From: Alkanindiges sp. WGS2144
Lineage (GTDB): Bacteria; Pseudomonadota; Gammaproteobacteria; Pseudomonadales; Moraxellaceae
DNA length: 32,000 nt
Assembly (NCBI RefSeq): GCF_043950625.1
Contig: NZ_CP171007.1
Direction: 5' to 3' (one strand)
Made by a program: the position numbers and the translations under genes. Below the pieces are notes generated by a model. It saw only the letters and a list, made by a program, of their open reading frames with translations. It searched no databases and was not told the origin of the DNA. Of the stretch, positions 1 to 9,369 are shown piece after piece (positions within the stretch are counted from its first letter, which is position 1; each line of letters begins with the position of its first letter).

Positions 1-200
1 AGCAGGCGACAAACCCATACCATCATTCCTAATACAATAATGTATAGGCATAAATGAAATACCGTAGGTAACAATATCCAGCGATCCAGTTGCCATTTAT
101 CCATTGCCTTTAAAACATAGCTATAGATGACATAAGCCAGCAGTGCCTGAATAAGAATTACCGGAATATAAATACCGTAAAAATCAAGCTCGCCAGCCAT
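1..200 (-). CDS. DUF1656/AaeX-like small inner-membrane protein (3' end runs off the window)
   Basis: My own minus-strand translation from ATG at 200-198 gives MAGELDFYGIYIPVILIQALLAYVIYSYVLKAMDKWQLDRWILLPTVFHLCLYIIVLGMMVWVCRL.., with two hydrophobic helices. It is absent from the ORF track because no stop lies in the window. Its start overlaps the FUSC stop (184-186) by 17 nt. FUSC plus DUF1656 (plus HlyD) is the usual AaeXAB/fusaric-acid-type arrangement. Confidence 0.6.
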   Translation of the reverse strand, partial: MAGELDFYGIYIPVILIQALLAYVIYSYVLKAMDKWQLDRWILLPTVFHLCLYIIVLGMMVWVCRL

Positions 201-2268
201 ATGTTTCTCCTAAGGCCGGTATCACTTCATTTGGTACTTTATAATGCCCAGCCTGTTGAAATAAGCCGCGGCGTACCCCAGTAAGTGCTACCAGTAACTG
301 ATCGCGCTGCATACTGCCAGGTTGTAGCAATACAGTGCCAAGCAATTGGTCAATCTGCTGTAATATGGCGGCGGTATTAAAAATCTGCCCCGTCAGGCGG
401 GCTTCGTACCAGCTCCATAGCTGTTGCAGCAATTGCTCAATCGACTGTGCCAGAGGTTCATCCAGCTGGTTAAGCAACCGCTTAAGCCGGATAATATTGG
501 TTGCCCCAGCCAGCTCAACAATAGATTGACTGATATCGGCCTGCACCGTAGGTGCCCGCAGTACACGCGGTGCCATTAGGCCAATCCGATCCAGTAGGCG
601 GCGCATATAATAAGCCCAGGGATGAATCACCGGTTTTTCAATAATTTGCTGTACGTCGCGCCACTGGGACTCTACCAGCCGCTTAACACTCAGCTCCGGT
701 GTGGTGCTGCGAATCAGCGCCAGGGTAAAGCTGGGAATTAAAATACCGATAATAATGGCAAGGCTATTATCTACATAAGCACCGAACACAGGTTCATTCA
801 GATTACGAATATTCAGCCCCATGGCCGTATTAATCAGCAATGGCAATGCAAATCCCATCAAGACCGGATGCGATAGCATCGTGGTAAACAGCACAAAAAA
901 TGGCAATAGCACCAGCATCATGGTGACAAAATCATGCACTACCGGAAAAATGGCAAATTGGTATACAAATACCACCAGTGCTGAATAAATACTGGCCAGG
1001 CGAAAAGAAGCCAGCGCAGGAAGCGGATTATCCAAAAAGGTAAGAATACACGCGCCGACTGCGGTAATTTGCGCAGCCATAAAGCCATATTGCCAACCGC
1101 TCATATGCCACAAAAAACATACTATTCCGATCGCCAGAAAAGCCGATATTGCACCGCGCAGCGCCACGCCATGATCACGATGCAAATGTTGTCCAGCAAC
1201 AACTTTCTGGTTGATAAAATCTGGTAATTTTTTGCCCTGCCGGATAGCACGCCAGATCAGGCCTAACGTCAGAAAGTGCCGCAAGAAGAAAAAAACGGCC
1301 TCACGCATACTGATAATAAGCAGCTGTTCACGAGTATCGGCAATTTCTAGCATGTGTTCAAACTGCTGCAAAATACCTGATGGGATATACTCAATATCAC
1401 CTTGCGTGACTGGCTGGCTTTGCTGCATAAATTGCTCAGTCTGTTGTTGCAATTGCAGGAGCGGCTGGTCAAACTTGTCAGAAAACTGGCGCAGGTCATG
1501 CACCCGGTCAGCCAGCACTGTCAGCACTGGCGCAATCAATACCATCTGATGCTGTAGCTCCTGTACCGCCCGGGTTTGGCCCCTAAGCGCAGATCGCTCA
1601 TATGACAAATGCACCGCCAGAGTATATATTTCGGTACTGTCACTGGCAAAACGCTGCACTTCTTTTACGATGGCTTCCGGTGAACGATCCCCTTTTAGGC
1701 ACTGGCCAAAGCTGGCTTCTACATCACTAAACCAACGGTCAATACGCCCCAGCAATACCGTACCCAGACTCATGGGATAAATGGTTCGGGATATAATAGT
1801 GGCACATAAAATGCCCAGGGTTATTTCTTCAAAGCGCGATAAGGCAATATCAAACAGATGGGTTGGGTCAGGTACAGCGCTAAAACCAACCAGTGCCAGC
1901 GAATAACCCGCCAGCATGAAGAAATAACTGCGCGGTGTACGATCCAGTAAAGAGATATACAGACATACACTTACCCAGGCAGCAATAAGCAAGCTAAATG
2001 GCAGGGGCTGATTGATAAATGGCGGTAAAGCCAGCACTGCCAGGCAGGCACCGGCTAAAGTTCCTAGCAGGCGATACACTGCCTTGGACGACAGCATGCC
2101 TGATAATGGGTTCGCCACAATAAACACTGTACCCATAGCCCACATGGGATTTTGTAAATTAAGCGAAATGGCGATATACAATGCCAGCATAGACGCCAAA
2201 AATGTCTTTAAGGCAAAAATCACATCTGTCTTGCTGGGGCGAAATGCCAGCATGGTTTGTAAAAGCAT
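184..2268 (-). CDS. FUSC family (AaeB / fusaric-acid-resistance-like) efflux transporter, inner-membrane subunit
   Basis: 694-aa ORF. The N-terminus (ALKTFLASMLALYIAISLNLQNPMWAMGTVFIVANPLSGMLSSKAVYRLLGTLAGA) fits the FUSC signature. Two polytopic hydrophobic blocks flank a soluble middle domain. ATG at 2268 is preceded by a weak GAG Shine-Dalgarno (SD). Confidence 0.8.
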   Translation of the reverse strand: MLLQTMLAFRPSKTDVIFALKTFLASMLALYIAISLNLQNPMWAMGTVFIVANPLSGMLSSKAVYRLLGTLAGACLAVLALPPFINQPLPFSLLIAAWVSVCLYISLLDRTPRSYFFMLAGYSLALVGFSAVPDPTHLFDIALSRFEEITLGILCATIISRTIYPMSLGTVLLGRIDRWFSDVEASFGQCLKGDRSPEAIVKEVQRFASDSTEIYTLAVHLSYERSALRGQTRAVQELQHQMVLIAPVLTVLADRVHDLRQFSDKFDQPLLQLQQQTEQFMQQSQPVTQGDIEYIPSGILQQFEHMLEIADTREQLLIISMREAVFFFLRHFLTLGLIWRAIRQGKKLPDFINQKVVAGQHLHRDHGVALRGAISAFLAIGIVCFLWHMSGWQYGFMAAQITAVGACILTFLDNPLPALASFRLASIYSALVVFVYQFAIFPVVHDFVTMMLVLLPFFVLFTTMLSHPVLMGFALPLLINTAMGLNIRNLNEPVFGAYVDNSLAIIIGILIPSFTLALIRSTTPELSVKRLVESQWRDVQQIIEKPVIHPWAYYMRRLLDRIGLMAPRVLRAPTVQADISQSIVELAGATNIIRLKRLLNQLDEPLAQSIEQLLQQLWSWYEARLTGQIFNTAAILQQIDQLLGTVLLQPGSMQRDQLLVALTGVRRGLFQQAGHYKVPNEVIPALGETYGWRA

Positions 2269-2560
2269 GCATATTCACTCATGACTGATTTGTAGACCTA
2301 ATCACTGACTTAAATCAAAATTGGCAGGAAGAACCACAGGAATTGTGTAGGCAAATCAAACTTAAAACAATCTTAAAAAATATATTTTATTACTTTTACT
2401 TAAAAAGCTACAGAAGAATTTCAGATTTACTAAATAACGGATATACACGTCATTTTATCGCAATTCGGCAGTAATTTTTTGTAGCCTTATCTATTGTTTT
2501 TTAACAAAAAAATAATAACAAAAAATCATCAACTACTCTAATTTTGCTGTATCAACTAAA

Positions 2561-3754
2561 ATGTTTAGCACAACAATGAAACGTTATTATATTTGGGGAA
2601 TTAAAGCAGCGCTAAGCCTGAGTGCAGGTGTGGGCTTTACGGTTAGTACCTTTGCAGAGACCCGGTCAGTTGAGCCTGGGCAGCAGCTGGCCTATGCTGA
2701 ACATGTCCCTGAACAAACAAGCCCGGAACAGGTCAGCTTTGAACCAGAAACTCCCAAGAAATCCGAGTTTATTTTAAGCCCTATCCCCAATGCTATTGAG
2801 GCATTGCCTACCGTCTTGCCACCCGATTCCAACAAGAAAATTGTCAAGCCAGAAGAGGAAACCCGAGATAGCACCTGGGCAGATGAGCGCCACAATCGCT
2901 TGCGTGAATATTTAAAGCAACAAGCGGAGCGCATCGATGACTGGTTTGGTGAACCAGATCCGCTAAAACCTGCCAGAGCCTCAATAAGAATACTACTGGA
3001 CAGTAATTGGGATAAATATGATGACGTTGAGGTCAAACCACGGATCCGGGGTAAAATTAAACTACCCACGCTGGAAAAACGCTTCAGCCTGGTGTTTGGT
3101 GATGACAGTCTGGACGATGAAATTCGTGGCAACGTGGCCATTACCAATGCCAACCCTCCTAGTGATCCTAAAAAAACCATTGACCAACGCGCCGCCAGGC
3201 GGGAAAACAACTCGCTGGCACTCCGCTTTAGTGAGTGGCTAAAAACCGACCTGTTTGATACCGACTTTGACGTAGGTTTGCGTAATGGTGCCAAGGATGT
3301 GTATGGCCGCCTCAAAATTTCACGTGACTGGCAACTGGCAGATGATTTTAGTACCCGTGCCGAGCAGGTTTACCGTTATGGCTCAAGCAGTAAAAACTAT
3401 GCACGTACCAACCTGGAAATTCGCCACCAGCGCGATAGCAAGCCATTTATTGCCGACCAGTTTGCCATTACTTATGCAGATAAGGATTCCGACATTGGCA
3501 TAAGTTGGGAGAATCGCCTATTCCGCCAGCATCAGTTCTTTCATGACAATACTTTTAGCTATGGCCTATATACCGGTGGTCGTGCCAAAGATAAAGACTT
3601 TCACTTAAATGGTTATGGTCCGTTTGTATCGTGGCGGCAACCTTTTTTGCGGGAATGGTTTTTTGTGCAGTCTGATTTGAATTATTACAATGATAAAGAT
3701 ATGGATCGCAATCATTACTTATCAGCGTTTTTACGCCTGGAAGCGGTATTTTAA
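2561..3754 (+). CDS. hypothetical secreted protein, probable outer-membrane beta-barrel with a low-complexity N-terminal region
   Basis: 397-aa ORF with a signal-peptide-like start (MKRYYIWGIKAALSLSAGVGFTVSTFA/ETRS). Residues about 35-110 are a Pro/Glu-rich segment. The C-terminal half has alternating amphipathic stretches and ends in LRLEAVF (terminal Phe, typical of OM barrels). An alternative start at 2576 is possible. No family recognised. Confidence 0.6.
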   Translation: MFSTTMKRYYIWGIKAALSLSAGVGFTVSTFAETRSVEPGQQLAYAEHVPEQTSPEQVSFEPETPKKSEFILSPIPNAIEALPTVLPPDSNKKIVKPEEETRDSTWADERHNRLREYLKQQAERIDDWFGEPDPLKPARASIRILLDSNWDKYDDVEVKPRIRGKIKLPTLEKRFSLVFGDDSLDDEIRGNVAITNANPPSDPKKTIDQRAARRENNSLALRFSEWLKTDLFDTDFDVGLRNGAKDVYGRLKISRDWQLADDFSTRAEQVYRYGSSSKNYARTNLEIRHQRDSKPFIADQFAITYADKDSDIGISWENRLFRQHQFFHDNTFSYGLYTGGRAKDKDFHLNGYGPFVSWRQPFLREWFFVQSDLNYYNDKDMDRNHYLSAFLRLEAVF

Positions 3755-3764
3755 TAATAAAACA

Positions 3765-3797
3765 TAAAAAACGGGAGCATTGACTCCCGTTTTTTAT
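3765..3797. terminator. bidirectional rho-independent terminator shared by the convergent OMP-like gene and htpG
   Basis: Stem ACGGGAG (3771-3777) / CTCCCGT (3784-3790), flanked by an A-run (3766-3770) and a T-run (3791-3796). Confidence 0.75.
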
Positions 3798-3805
3798 TGA
3801 GATCA

Positions 3806-5719
3806 TTAGCTCAGAAGCAAGCTGTTAATGCGTTTTAAATACGCCGCCGGGTCTTCTGGCATACCGCCTTCCGCCAGCAAGGCCTGATCAAAAATTACAT
3901 TGGCCAGCTCATCAAACTTGTCTGTGCCTTGCAGACGCTTCACCAGAGGATGCTCAGGGTTAATTTCCAGAATCGGCTTGGATTCCGGTACAGGCTGGCC
4001 GGCTTGCTTGAGCATGCGTACCAGTTGTGGTGATAAATCCTGATCGCCCACGACCAGACAAGCCGGACTGTCCACCAGACGTGTGGTCACACGGACTTCC
4101 TTGGCCTTGTCTTTTAGGCTGCTGCTTAGTTTTTCTAGGGTTGGCTTAAGGGTTTCAGTCGCCGTATCTAACGCTTTTTTCTCTTCTTCGCCCTGCAAAT
4201 CACCTAAATCAACAGCACCTTTGGCCACACTTTGTAGTGGGGTTCCATCAAACTCAGTCAGGAAATTCAGCGCCCACTCATCCACGCGATCGGTCATCAA
4301 CAGCACTTCAATACCTTTTTTCTTGAACAGTTCCAGTTGTGGACTATTCTTGGCTGCAGCCAGACTTTCTGCCGCCAGATAATAAATGGCTTTTTGCCCT
4401 TCTTTCATGTTGGCTTTGTAATCGGCAAAGGACACTTTGACATCATCAGTATTGGTCGAGGCAAAGCGTAATAACTTGGCAATCCGGTCTTTATTACCAA
4501 AATCCTCGCCCAGCCCTTCTTTGAGTACTGCGCCAAATTCCTGATAGAACGTGGCAAATTTTTCCTGATCAGCAGTATCTTCCGATTTTGCCAATGTATC
4601 CAGCAAGCCCAGCACACGACGCGCATTCCCTTCACGGATGGTACGGACGTCTTTGCTTTCCTGTAACAGTTCACGGCTGACATTTAGCGGCAAGTCTGAA
4701 CTGTCAATAATGCCCTTAACAAAACGCAGGTAGGATGGCATCAGGTTTTCCGCCTCATCCATAATAAACACGCGTTTTACGTAAAGTTTAATGCCGGACT
4801 TTTGCTCGCGGGTGAATAAATCATGCGGTGCTTTGGCAGGAATATACAGTAGTTGCGTATATTCGGTGCTGCCTTCTACCCGGTTATGACTCCAGGCCAG
4901 CGGCGCTTCAAAGTCGTGGCTAAATTGCTTGTAAAATTCAATATATTGCTCATCAGTAATATCCTTTTTATTGCGTGTCCACAGGGCGCTGGCCGAGTTG
5001 ATGGTTTCCCACTCATCGGTGACTACCATTTGACCCTGCTCATCTTCATTTTCTGCTTCCTGCCATACTTCTTTTTTCATTTGAATGGGCAGGCTGATAT
5101 GGTCAGAATACTTATTGATGATTTGCTTCACTTTCCAGGCTTCTAAGTATTCCAGCGCATCCTCACGCAAATGCAGGATAATGTCTGTACCACGGCCTTC
5201 TTTGCTAATTTGCTCAACGTCAAACTCACCGGTGCCGCCGCTAATCCAGCGCACGCCATTATCCTGAGGCTCCCCTGCTTTACGTGACTCAACGGTAATT
5301 TTATCAGCCACAATAAAACCGGAATAAAAACCTACACCAAACTGACCAATCAGTTGCGCATCATTTTTCTGGTCACCGGTTAGTCTGGACATAAAGTCCT
5401 TGGTGCCGGATTTAGCAATAGTACCCAGGTTTTCAATGGCTTCATCTTGGGTTAAGCCAATGCCGTTATCGCTAATGGTAATGGTCTTGTTATCTTTATC
5501 CAGAATCACGCGCACATGCAGGTCAGGGTCGTTTTCATACAGTGCGCCATTATTAATGCCTTCAAACCGCAGCTTGTCGCAGGCATCCGACGCATTGGAA
5601 ATCAGTTCACGCAGGAAAATTTCCGGATTGGAATAGAGGGAGTGCGTTACCAGATGCAGTAACTGGGCTACTTCAGCCTGAAAACTATAGCTTTTTGCGC
5701 TGCTAGAGTCGCTCATCAT
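3806..5719 (-). CDS. htpG: molecular chaperone HtpG (Hsp90)
   Basis: Hsp90 signatures are present: [44 protein letters not shown]. The track ORF extends to 5749, but AGGAG (5723-5727, minus) sits just upstream of the ATG ATG pair at 5719/5716, giving M(M)[15 protein letters not shown]. Confidence 0.97.
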   Translation of the reverse strand: MMSDSSSAKSYSFQAEVAQLLHLVTHSLYSNPEIFLRELISNASDACDKLRFEGINNGALYENDPDLHVRVILDKDNKTITISDNGIGLTQDEAIENLGTIAKSGTKDFMSRLTGDQKNDAQLIGQFGVGFYSGFIVADKITVESRKAGEPQDNGVRWISGGTGEFDVEQISKEGRGTDIILHLREDALEYLEAWKVKQIINKYSDHISLPIQMKKEVWQEAENEDEQGQMVVTDEWETINSASALWTRNKKDITDEQYIEFYKQFSHDFEAPLAWSHNRVEGSTEYTQLLYIPAKAPHDLFTREQKSGIKLYVKRVFIMDEAENLMPSYLRFVKGIIDSSDLPLNVSRELLQESKDVRTIREGNARRVLGLLDTLAKSEDTADQEKFATFYQEFGAVLKEGLGEDFGNKDRIAKLLRFASTNTDDVKVSFADYKANMKEGQKAIYYLAAESLAAAKNSPQLELFKKKGIEVLLMTDRVDEWALNFLTEFDGTPLQSVAKGAVDLGDLQGEEEKKALDTATETLKPTLEKLSSSLKDKAKEVRVTTRLVDSPACLVVGDQDLSPQLVRMLKQAGQPVPESKPILEINPEHPLVKRLQGTDKFDELANVIFDQALLAEGGMPEDPAAYLKRINSLLLS

Positions 5720-5831
5720 GATCTCCTGTATTTGGTTTAAACCTGTCATTAGGATTAGAATGATTCAGTGGATCAAAAAAACCAACTGACGCCTAATTCT
5801 ATAAAGTTGATATCTGTAAAGGCTGTGTGTT

Positions 5832-5860
5832 GGATTGGGGATAAGCTGATTTTTTTCAAG
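5832..5860 (-). promoter_or_regulatory. sigma-32 (RpoH) type heat-shock promoter for htpG
   Basis: The minus strand reads CTTGAAA (5860-5854), a 13-nt spacer, then CCCCAATCC (5840-5832). The E. coli sigma-32 consensus is CTTGAA-N13-14-CCCCATNT. It lies about 115 nt upstream of the htpG start. Confidence 0.6.
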
Positions 5861-5904
5861 CAGAAAATAATTGAGTTGTTATTTTTTGATCATTTTTTGA
5901 GGGA

Positions 5905-5943
5905 ACAAGAAAGAACTGTGGATAAGCGTTTACTTATCCACAG
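5905..5943 (-). terminator. rho-independent terminator after the LprI-like gene
   Basis: Perfect 11-bp stem CTGTGGATAAG (5916-5926) / CTTATCCACAG (5933-5943) with a 6-nt loop. On the minus strand it is followed by the T-rich TTCTTTCTTGTT. Confidence 0.6.
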
Positions 5944-5957
5944 AGATTGTCTAAAAA

Positions 5958-6311
5958 TTAAAATGGCCCATGCGAATAAACCCGTTCCTGCAATAGTTTA
6001 TCCAGTTGCGTCTGGCGATTCTGGTAAGCCGTGGCAATACAGGCTGTACGCTGCCCACAGGCATTGCGCTGTTTAAGCCAGACATGTTGCTCATCACGTA
6101 AGGCATCGCGCCCGCCCATGGGCAATAGATGGGTTAAAATATTAAATGTGGTCGCCAGTTTAACGTCCTGATCACTTAAAGAACGATTGGCACATACTGC
6201 TTTTTCAGCACTTAACTGGGCTTTTTGGCAATCAAAACTGGCTGCCTGCGCCGGCAAACTGATGGCTGTTATCCATGCAACACCTAAGGCAAATAGAATT
6301 TTTGTATTCAT
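5958..6311 (-). CDS. LprI-family (DUF1311) periplasmic protein, lysozyme-inhibitor-like
   Basis: Signal peptide MNTKILFALGVAWITAISLPAQA. The mature part has the DUF1311 pattern: C..A....E..VC....LS..D..L, then W...R...C......C. The track start at 6320 is TTG; I prefer the ATG at 6311. Confidence 0.6.
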   Translation of the reverse strand: MNTKILFALGVAWITAISLPAQAASFDCQKAQLSAEKAVCANRSLSDQDVKLATTFNILTHLLPMGGRDALRDEQHVWLKQRNACGQRTACIATAYQNRQTQLDKLLQERVYSHGPF

Positions 6312-6473
6312 CAAGCACAACCTGTATTAAAACCAGCTTTTAGTGTAAATCCCTGCCTGCTTTGCTTCCAAGCTATTTTCTTTTTGCTTTCTGGATGTTT
6401 TTTTCGGGGACGGGTAGCCTTTTGTAAGCACTACCCGTCTTTATGAAGATACCAGTTAATCGGTACTTTCATG

Positions 6474-7883
6474 CTATAAATACATGGCGGCCAGCCAGCC
6501 AAAAATAATCAGTGGAATATTAAAATGAATAAAAGTAGGCACGACAGTATCCCAGATATGATCATGCTGACCATCAATCCCCAGCCCTGCGGTAGGCCCA
6601 AGCGTAGAATCCGAGGCAGGTGATCCTGCGTCCCCCAGTGCAGCGGCTGTCCCAATCAGCGCAATGGTTGCCAGTGGTGAAAAACCAAACTGCATACACA
6701 AAGGCACATAAATAATAGCCAGTACGGGCACGCTGGAAAACGATGAACCAATGCCAATGGTGACAAACAGGCCAATAAACAACATTAAAAAGGCAGCAAT
6801 TCCCCTATGGTCGCCAATCAGATTCACTACGCCATTCACCAGATGATTGATATCGCCGGTTGAGGTCATCACCGATGCAAAACCGGCGGCTGCAATCATG
6901 ATAAAACCCACCAGTGCCATCATGCGCATCCCGGCAACAAATACGTCATCGGCTTCCTGCCATTTAAAAATGCCTGCCGCAGACAGTACCGCAAAACCAA
7001 CCAGCCCACCTAAAATCATGGAACCTGAATAAATCTGTGCAACCAGCGTTAGCCCAATGGCACACATGGCCATGACCATGGTTTTTCTGGGCACATGCGG
7101 AATATGCTGCGCTTCTTGCGTTAAGTCTTCTGCCAGCTGATCCATGTTTTGCTGTACTTTTAAGGGTTTGTCCAGATCCATTTCCTGCGTACGAGTCACC
7201 ACCCGGTCTACATAATCACGTGGTTTGCGATAGGAAAAAAATACCGCAATCAGTGTCCCTACCAGCATCCCCAAAACAGGAATTGCCATACCTGCCGGCA
7301 GCATCCAGCGCTCAACATGCAGGCCATATGCTGCACCGACCTTGTTAATATTGCCCATCAGCAAATCATTTAAAAAGATAGCACCAAAACCCACTGGCAA
7401 TAGCATATAGGTGCCCACTAGCCCCAGGGTTAACACACAGGCCGCTGCACGACGATCCAGCCTTAAATAATTGGTGACTTTAAGCAAGGGCGGGATCAGT
7501 ACCGGAATAAAGGCAATATGCACAGGAATCAGGTTTTGTGAAAAAACCGCAGCAATCCATAAAATGCCAAACGAGAGATATTTAATAAATTTTTGCCGAT
7601 GAATTGACGCTTCATAACCCAGCAGGCCAATCAGCTTGTGTGCCAGCAAATCCGGCAAGCCTGAACGTGACAGGGCTAATGCAAACGCGCCCAACACGGC
7701 ATAAGCCAGTGCCACTTCTGCCCCATCGCCCAGCCCGGCATTAAAGGCTTTAACTGTCTCAGCAATACTTAGGCCGCCAATAAGTCCGCCAACCACGGCT
7801 GAAATGACCAATGTTAAAACAACTGAAACCCGCGCCAGGGATAAGGCAAACATCAAGGCAATGGCGATTACAACCGCATTCAT
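6474..7883 (-). CDS. Na+/H+ antiporter family (NhaC-fold, YuiF-like) membrane transporter
   Basis: 469-aa polytopic protein. From memory, the N-terminus (MNAVVIAIALMFALSLARVSVVLTLVISAVVGGLIGGLSIAETVKAFNAGLGDGAEVALAYAVLGAFALALSRSGLPD) closely resembles Bacillus YuiF-type transporters. Confidence 0.78.
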   Translation of the reverse strand: MNAVVIAIALMFALSLARVSVVLTLVISAVVGGLIGGLSIAETVKAFNAGLGDGAEVALAYAVLGAFALALSRSGLPDLLAHKLIGLLGYEASIHRQKFIKYLSFGILWIAAVFSQNLIPVHIAFIPVLIPPLLKVTNYLRLDRRAAACVLTLGLVGTYMLLPVGFGAIFLNDLLMGNINKVGAAYGLHVERWMLPAGMAIPVLGMLVGTLIAVFFSYRKPRDYVDRVVTRTQEMDLDKPLKVQQNMDQLAEDLTQEAQHIPHVPRKTMVMAMCAIGLTLVAQIYSGSMILGGLVGFAVLSAAGIFKWQEADDVFVAGMRMMALVGFIMIAAAGFASVMTSTGDINHLVNGVVNLIGDHRGIAAFLMLFIGLFVTIGIGSSFSSVPVLAIIYVPLCMQFGFSPLATIALIGTAAALGDAGSPASDSTLGPTAGLGIDGQHDHIWDTVVPTFIHFNIPLIIFGWLAAMYL

Positions 7884-7983
7884 GATGAAAAAAACAGAAT
7901 CAATAGAAGCCGCGCATCTTAGCAGAGATGGACTAAAAAACCTGTAACAGCCACTTTAGACCAATGGCTATAAATAGGGTGAG

Positions 7984-8229
7984 TTATTTATTTTTATGCG
8001 AACGAACCGTTACTTTGAATCCTGCTGGCTTATTGGCAATCCATACGGCAAAACGGGCAATTTCAGGATGGCCCCGTAACGCTTCAATCGTGTGATATTG
8101 CTGTGCCAGTTGCTGATTGGTGAGTACAGCATGCACTTGTAAATGACAAGGCCGGCATATGAGTGATAAATGGGTTCTTCCACATAATTCACACGCCTGT
8201 TCACTGGCTGCAACTTCCTGTTCTATCAT
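7984..8229 (-). CDS. hypothetical 81-aa protein with CxxC...CxxC (possible zinc ribbon)
   Basis: CELCGRTHLSLICRPCH supplies four Cys. A strong SD (CAGGAG) lies directly upstream of the ATG at 8229. The gene starts 22 nt after the hydrolase stop, which suggests co-transcription. No family recognised. Confidence 0.5.
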   Translation of the reverse strand: MIEQEVAASEQACELCGRTHLSLICRPCHLQVHAVLTNQQLAQQYHTIEALRGHPEIARFAVWIANKPAGFKVTVRSHKNK

Positions 8230-8250
8230 TTTCTCCTGTACGTCATGACC

Positions 8251-9123
8251 TTAGGCAGGATAAGCCAGCGCAAAATCCTGAATGTAATTTGCCACTGTCG
8301 TCGGCTGGCTTAAAATCGCCCAGTGATTGGCCTTCATCCGGTTAATGGTTAAATCACTCACCCAGCGCGGTAAATCCTTCATATAGCTTTCAGACACAAA
8401 AGCATCTTTTTCCAGAATAATTACCTGTACCGGACAATGCGCAATACGCTCACGTGGATGACTTAAGCGATCAATAAAATTGGCCCGGTATAAATTGATA
8501 CCATGCACGCCGTCAGAAGTCTGGGTTGGGTTTTCAGGTAAACCTTCGGTTTTTTCCAGTTGATCAACTACCCGATGCCATTTTTTGCCCAGGAAAAGTT
8601 TCCAGCTTAAGGGCGCCAGTAACGGCAAATGAAAACCGGCAATATACCAGGACATGCTAAGTTGCTTGAGCACCTTGGCCGGATTGGTTTTAAATTGCTG
8701 CCTGAGCATGAGCGCTGCATGATCCAGTGATGGGCCAGACAGCGTTGTAAATGATAAAATCCGCCCTTCTAAGGCAGGCGTGGTCACAGACTCCCAGCTT
8801 TGAATGGAACCCCAGTCATGAGCGGCCAAATGAAACTGGCGGTTAGGTATAATTTGATCAGCGACCGCTGCCAGATCCCGAGCCAGCACATCAATTTTAT
8901 AATCCTTGATATGTTTGGGAATAGAGGATTTACCGGCTCCACGCACATCATAGGCAATCACATAAAATTGCTCGGCCAGTTGCCCGGCAATACTTTGCCA
9001 AACGGTATGGCTGTCCGGATAGCCATGCACCAGAATAATAGGCGTATTATTTTCATTGCCCCATGACTCGGCAAATAACCTAATTCCATTACCGGCTTCA
9101 ACCCAATGGCGTTGCGTTTGCAT
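8251..9123 (-). CDS. alpha/beta-fold hydrolase, epoxide-hydrolase/dehalogenase-like (Asp nucleophile)
   Basis: HGxP oxyanion motif (VHGYPDS), nucleophile elbow AAHDWGS (Asp nucleophile type), and a C-terminal His in KANHWAIL. Confidence 0.85.
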   Translation of the reverse strand: MQTQRHWVEAGNGIRLFAESWGNENNTPIILVHGYPDSHTVWQSIAGQLAEQFYVIAYDVRGAGKSSIPKHIKDYKIDVLARDLAAVADQIIPNRQFHLAAHDWGSIQSWESVTTPALEGRILSFTTLSGPSLDHAALMLRQQFKTNPAKVLKQLSMSWYIAGFHLPLLAPLSWKLFLGKKWHRVVDQLEKTEGLPENPTQTSDGVHGINLYRANFIDRLSHPRERIAHCPVQVIILEKDAFVSESYMKDLPRWVSDLTINRMKANHWAILSQPTTVANYIQDFALAYPA

Positions 9124-9318
9124 GTAAACCTCTCTTATCCTGATCCTGTTGTTTTAAACCAGCTATGGCATTTTGTGCTCATACATTACGTCATGTGGTC
9201 ATAAGATTCATTAGCTTAACCATTTTTTTAGTTTTTTTAATAGCTTTTACAGCGTTTTATTGTCTTTTCAGGTCAGGTTTTCAACCATGGTACAGCTTGG
9301 GAGAAAAAAACGGTGCTG

Positions 9319-9349
9319 CAAAAAATAAGGCCAGCATATTGCCAGCCTT
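9319..9349 (-). terminator. rho-independent terminator downstream of leuB
   Basis: Minus-strand RNA is AAGGCUGGC-AAUAU-GCUGGCCUU (9-bp stem including two G-U pairs), followed by AUUUUUUG. Confidence 0.6.
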
Positions 9350-9369
9350 ATCTGCATGGTATTAACAGC

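Noticed and set aside
2692-3315. 207-aa antisense ORF within the OMP-like gene.
   Set aside because: It is a Ser/Leu/Arg-rich mirror-frame artefact. The sense ORF has a signal peptide and a terminator.
5720-5749. N-terminal extensions suggested by the ORF track for htpG (to 5749), rppH (from 16130), rluC (to 21511), the acyl-CoA synthetase (from 25947), leuC (to 13488) and the YidB-like gene (to 31590).
   Set aside because: In each case an internal ATG with a better SD reproduces the canonical family N-terminus. The extensions are unconserved-looking or begin at non-ATG codons.
6405-6440. Hairpin GACGGGTAG-N12-CTACCCGTC downstream of the transporter gene, considered as a terminator.
   Set aside because: On the relevant minus strand the stem is followed by CCCCGAAAAAAA rather than a U-tract; the T-run lies on the wrong side. 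It may still be a structural element, but it is not a canonical intrinsic terminator.
8010-8213. Alternative 67-aa frame overlapping the 81-aa Cys4 ORF.
   Set aside because: It has no SD and lies fully inside the better-supported frame, which has CAGGAG just upstream of its ATG.
9165-9365. 66-aa hydrophobic ORF (+) in the hydrolase/leuB intergenic region.
   Set aside because: AT-rich DNA translates to Phe/Ile/Leu by default. It has no SD, and its 3' end overlaps the leuB terminator hairpin.
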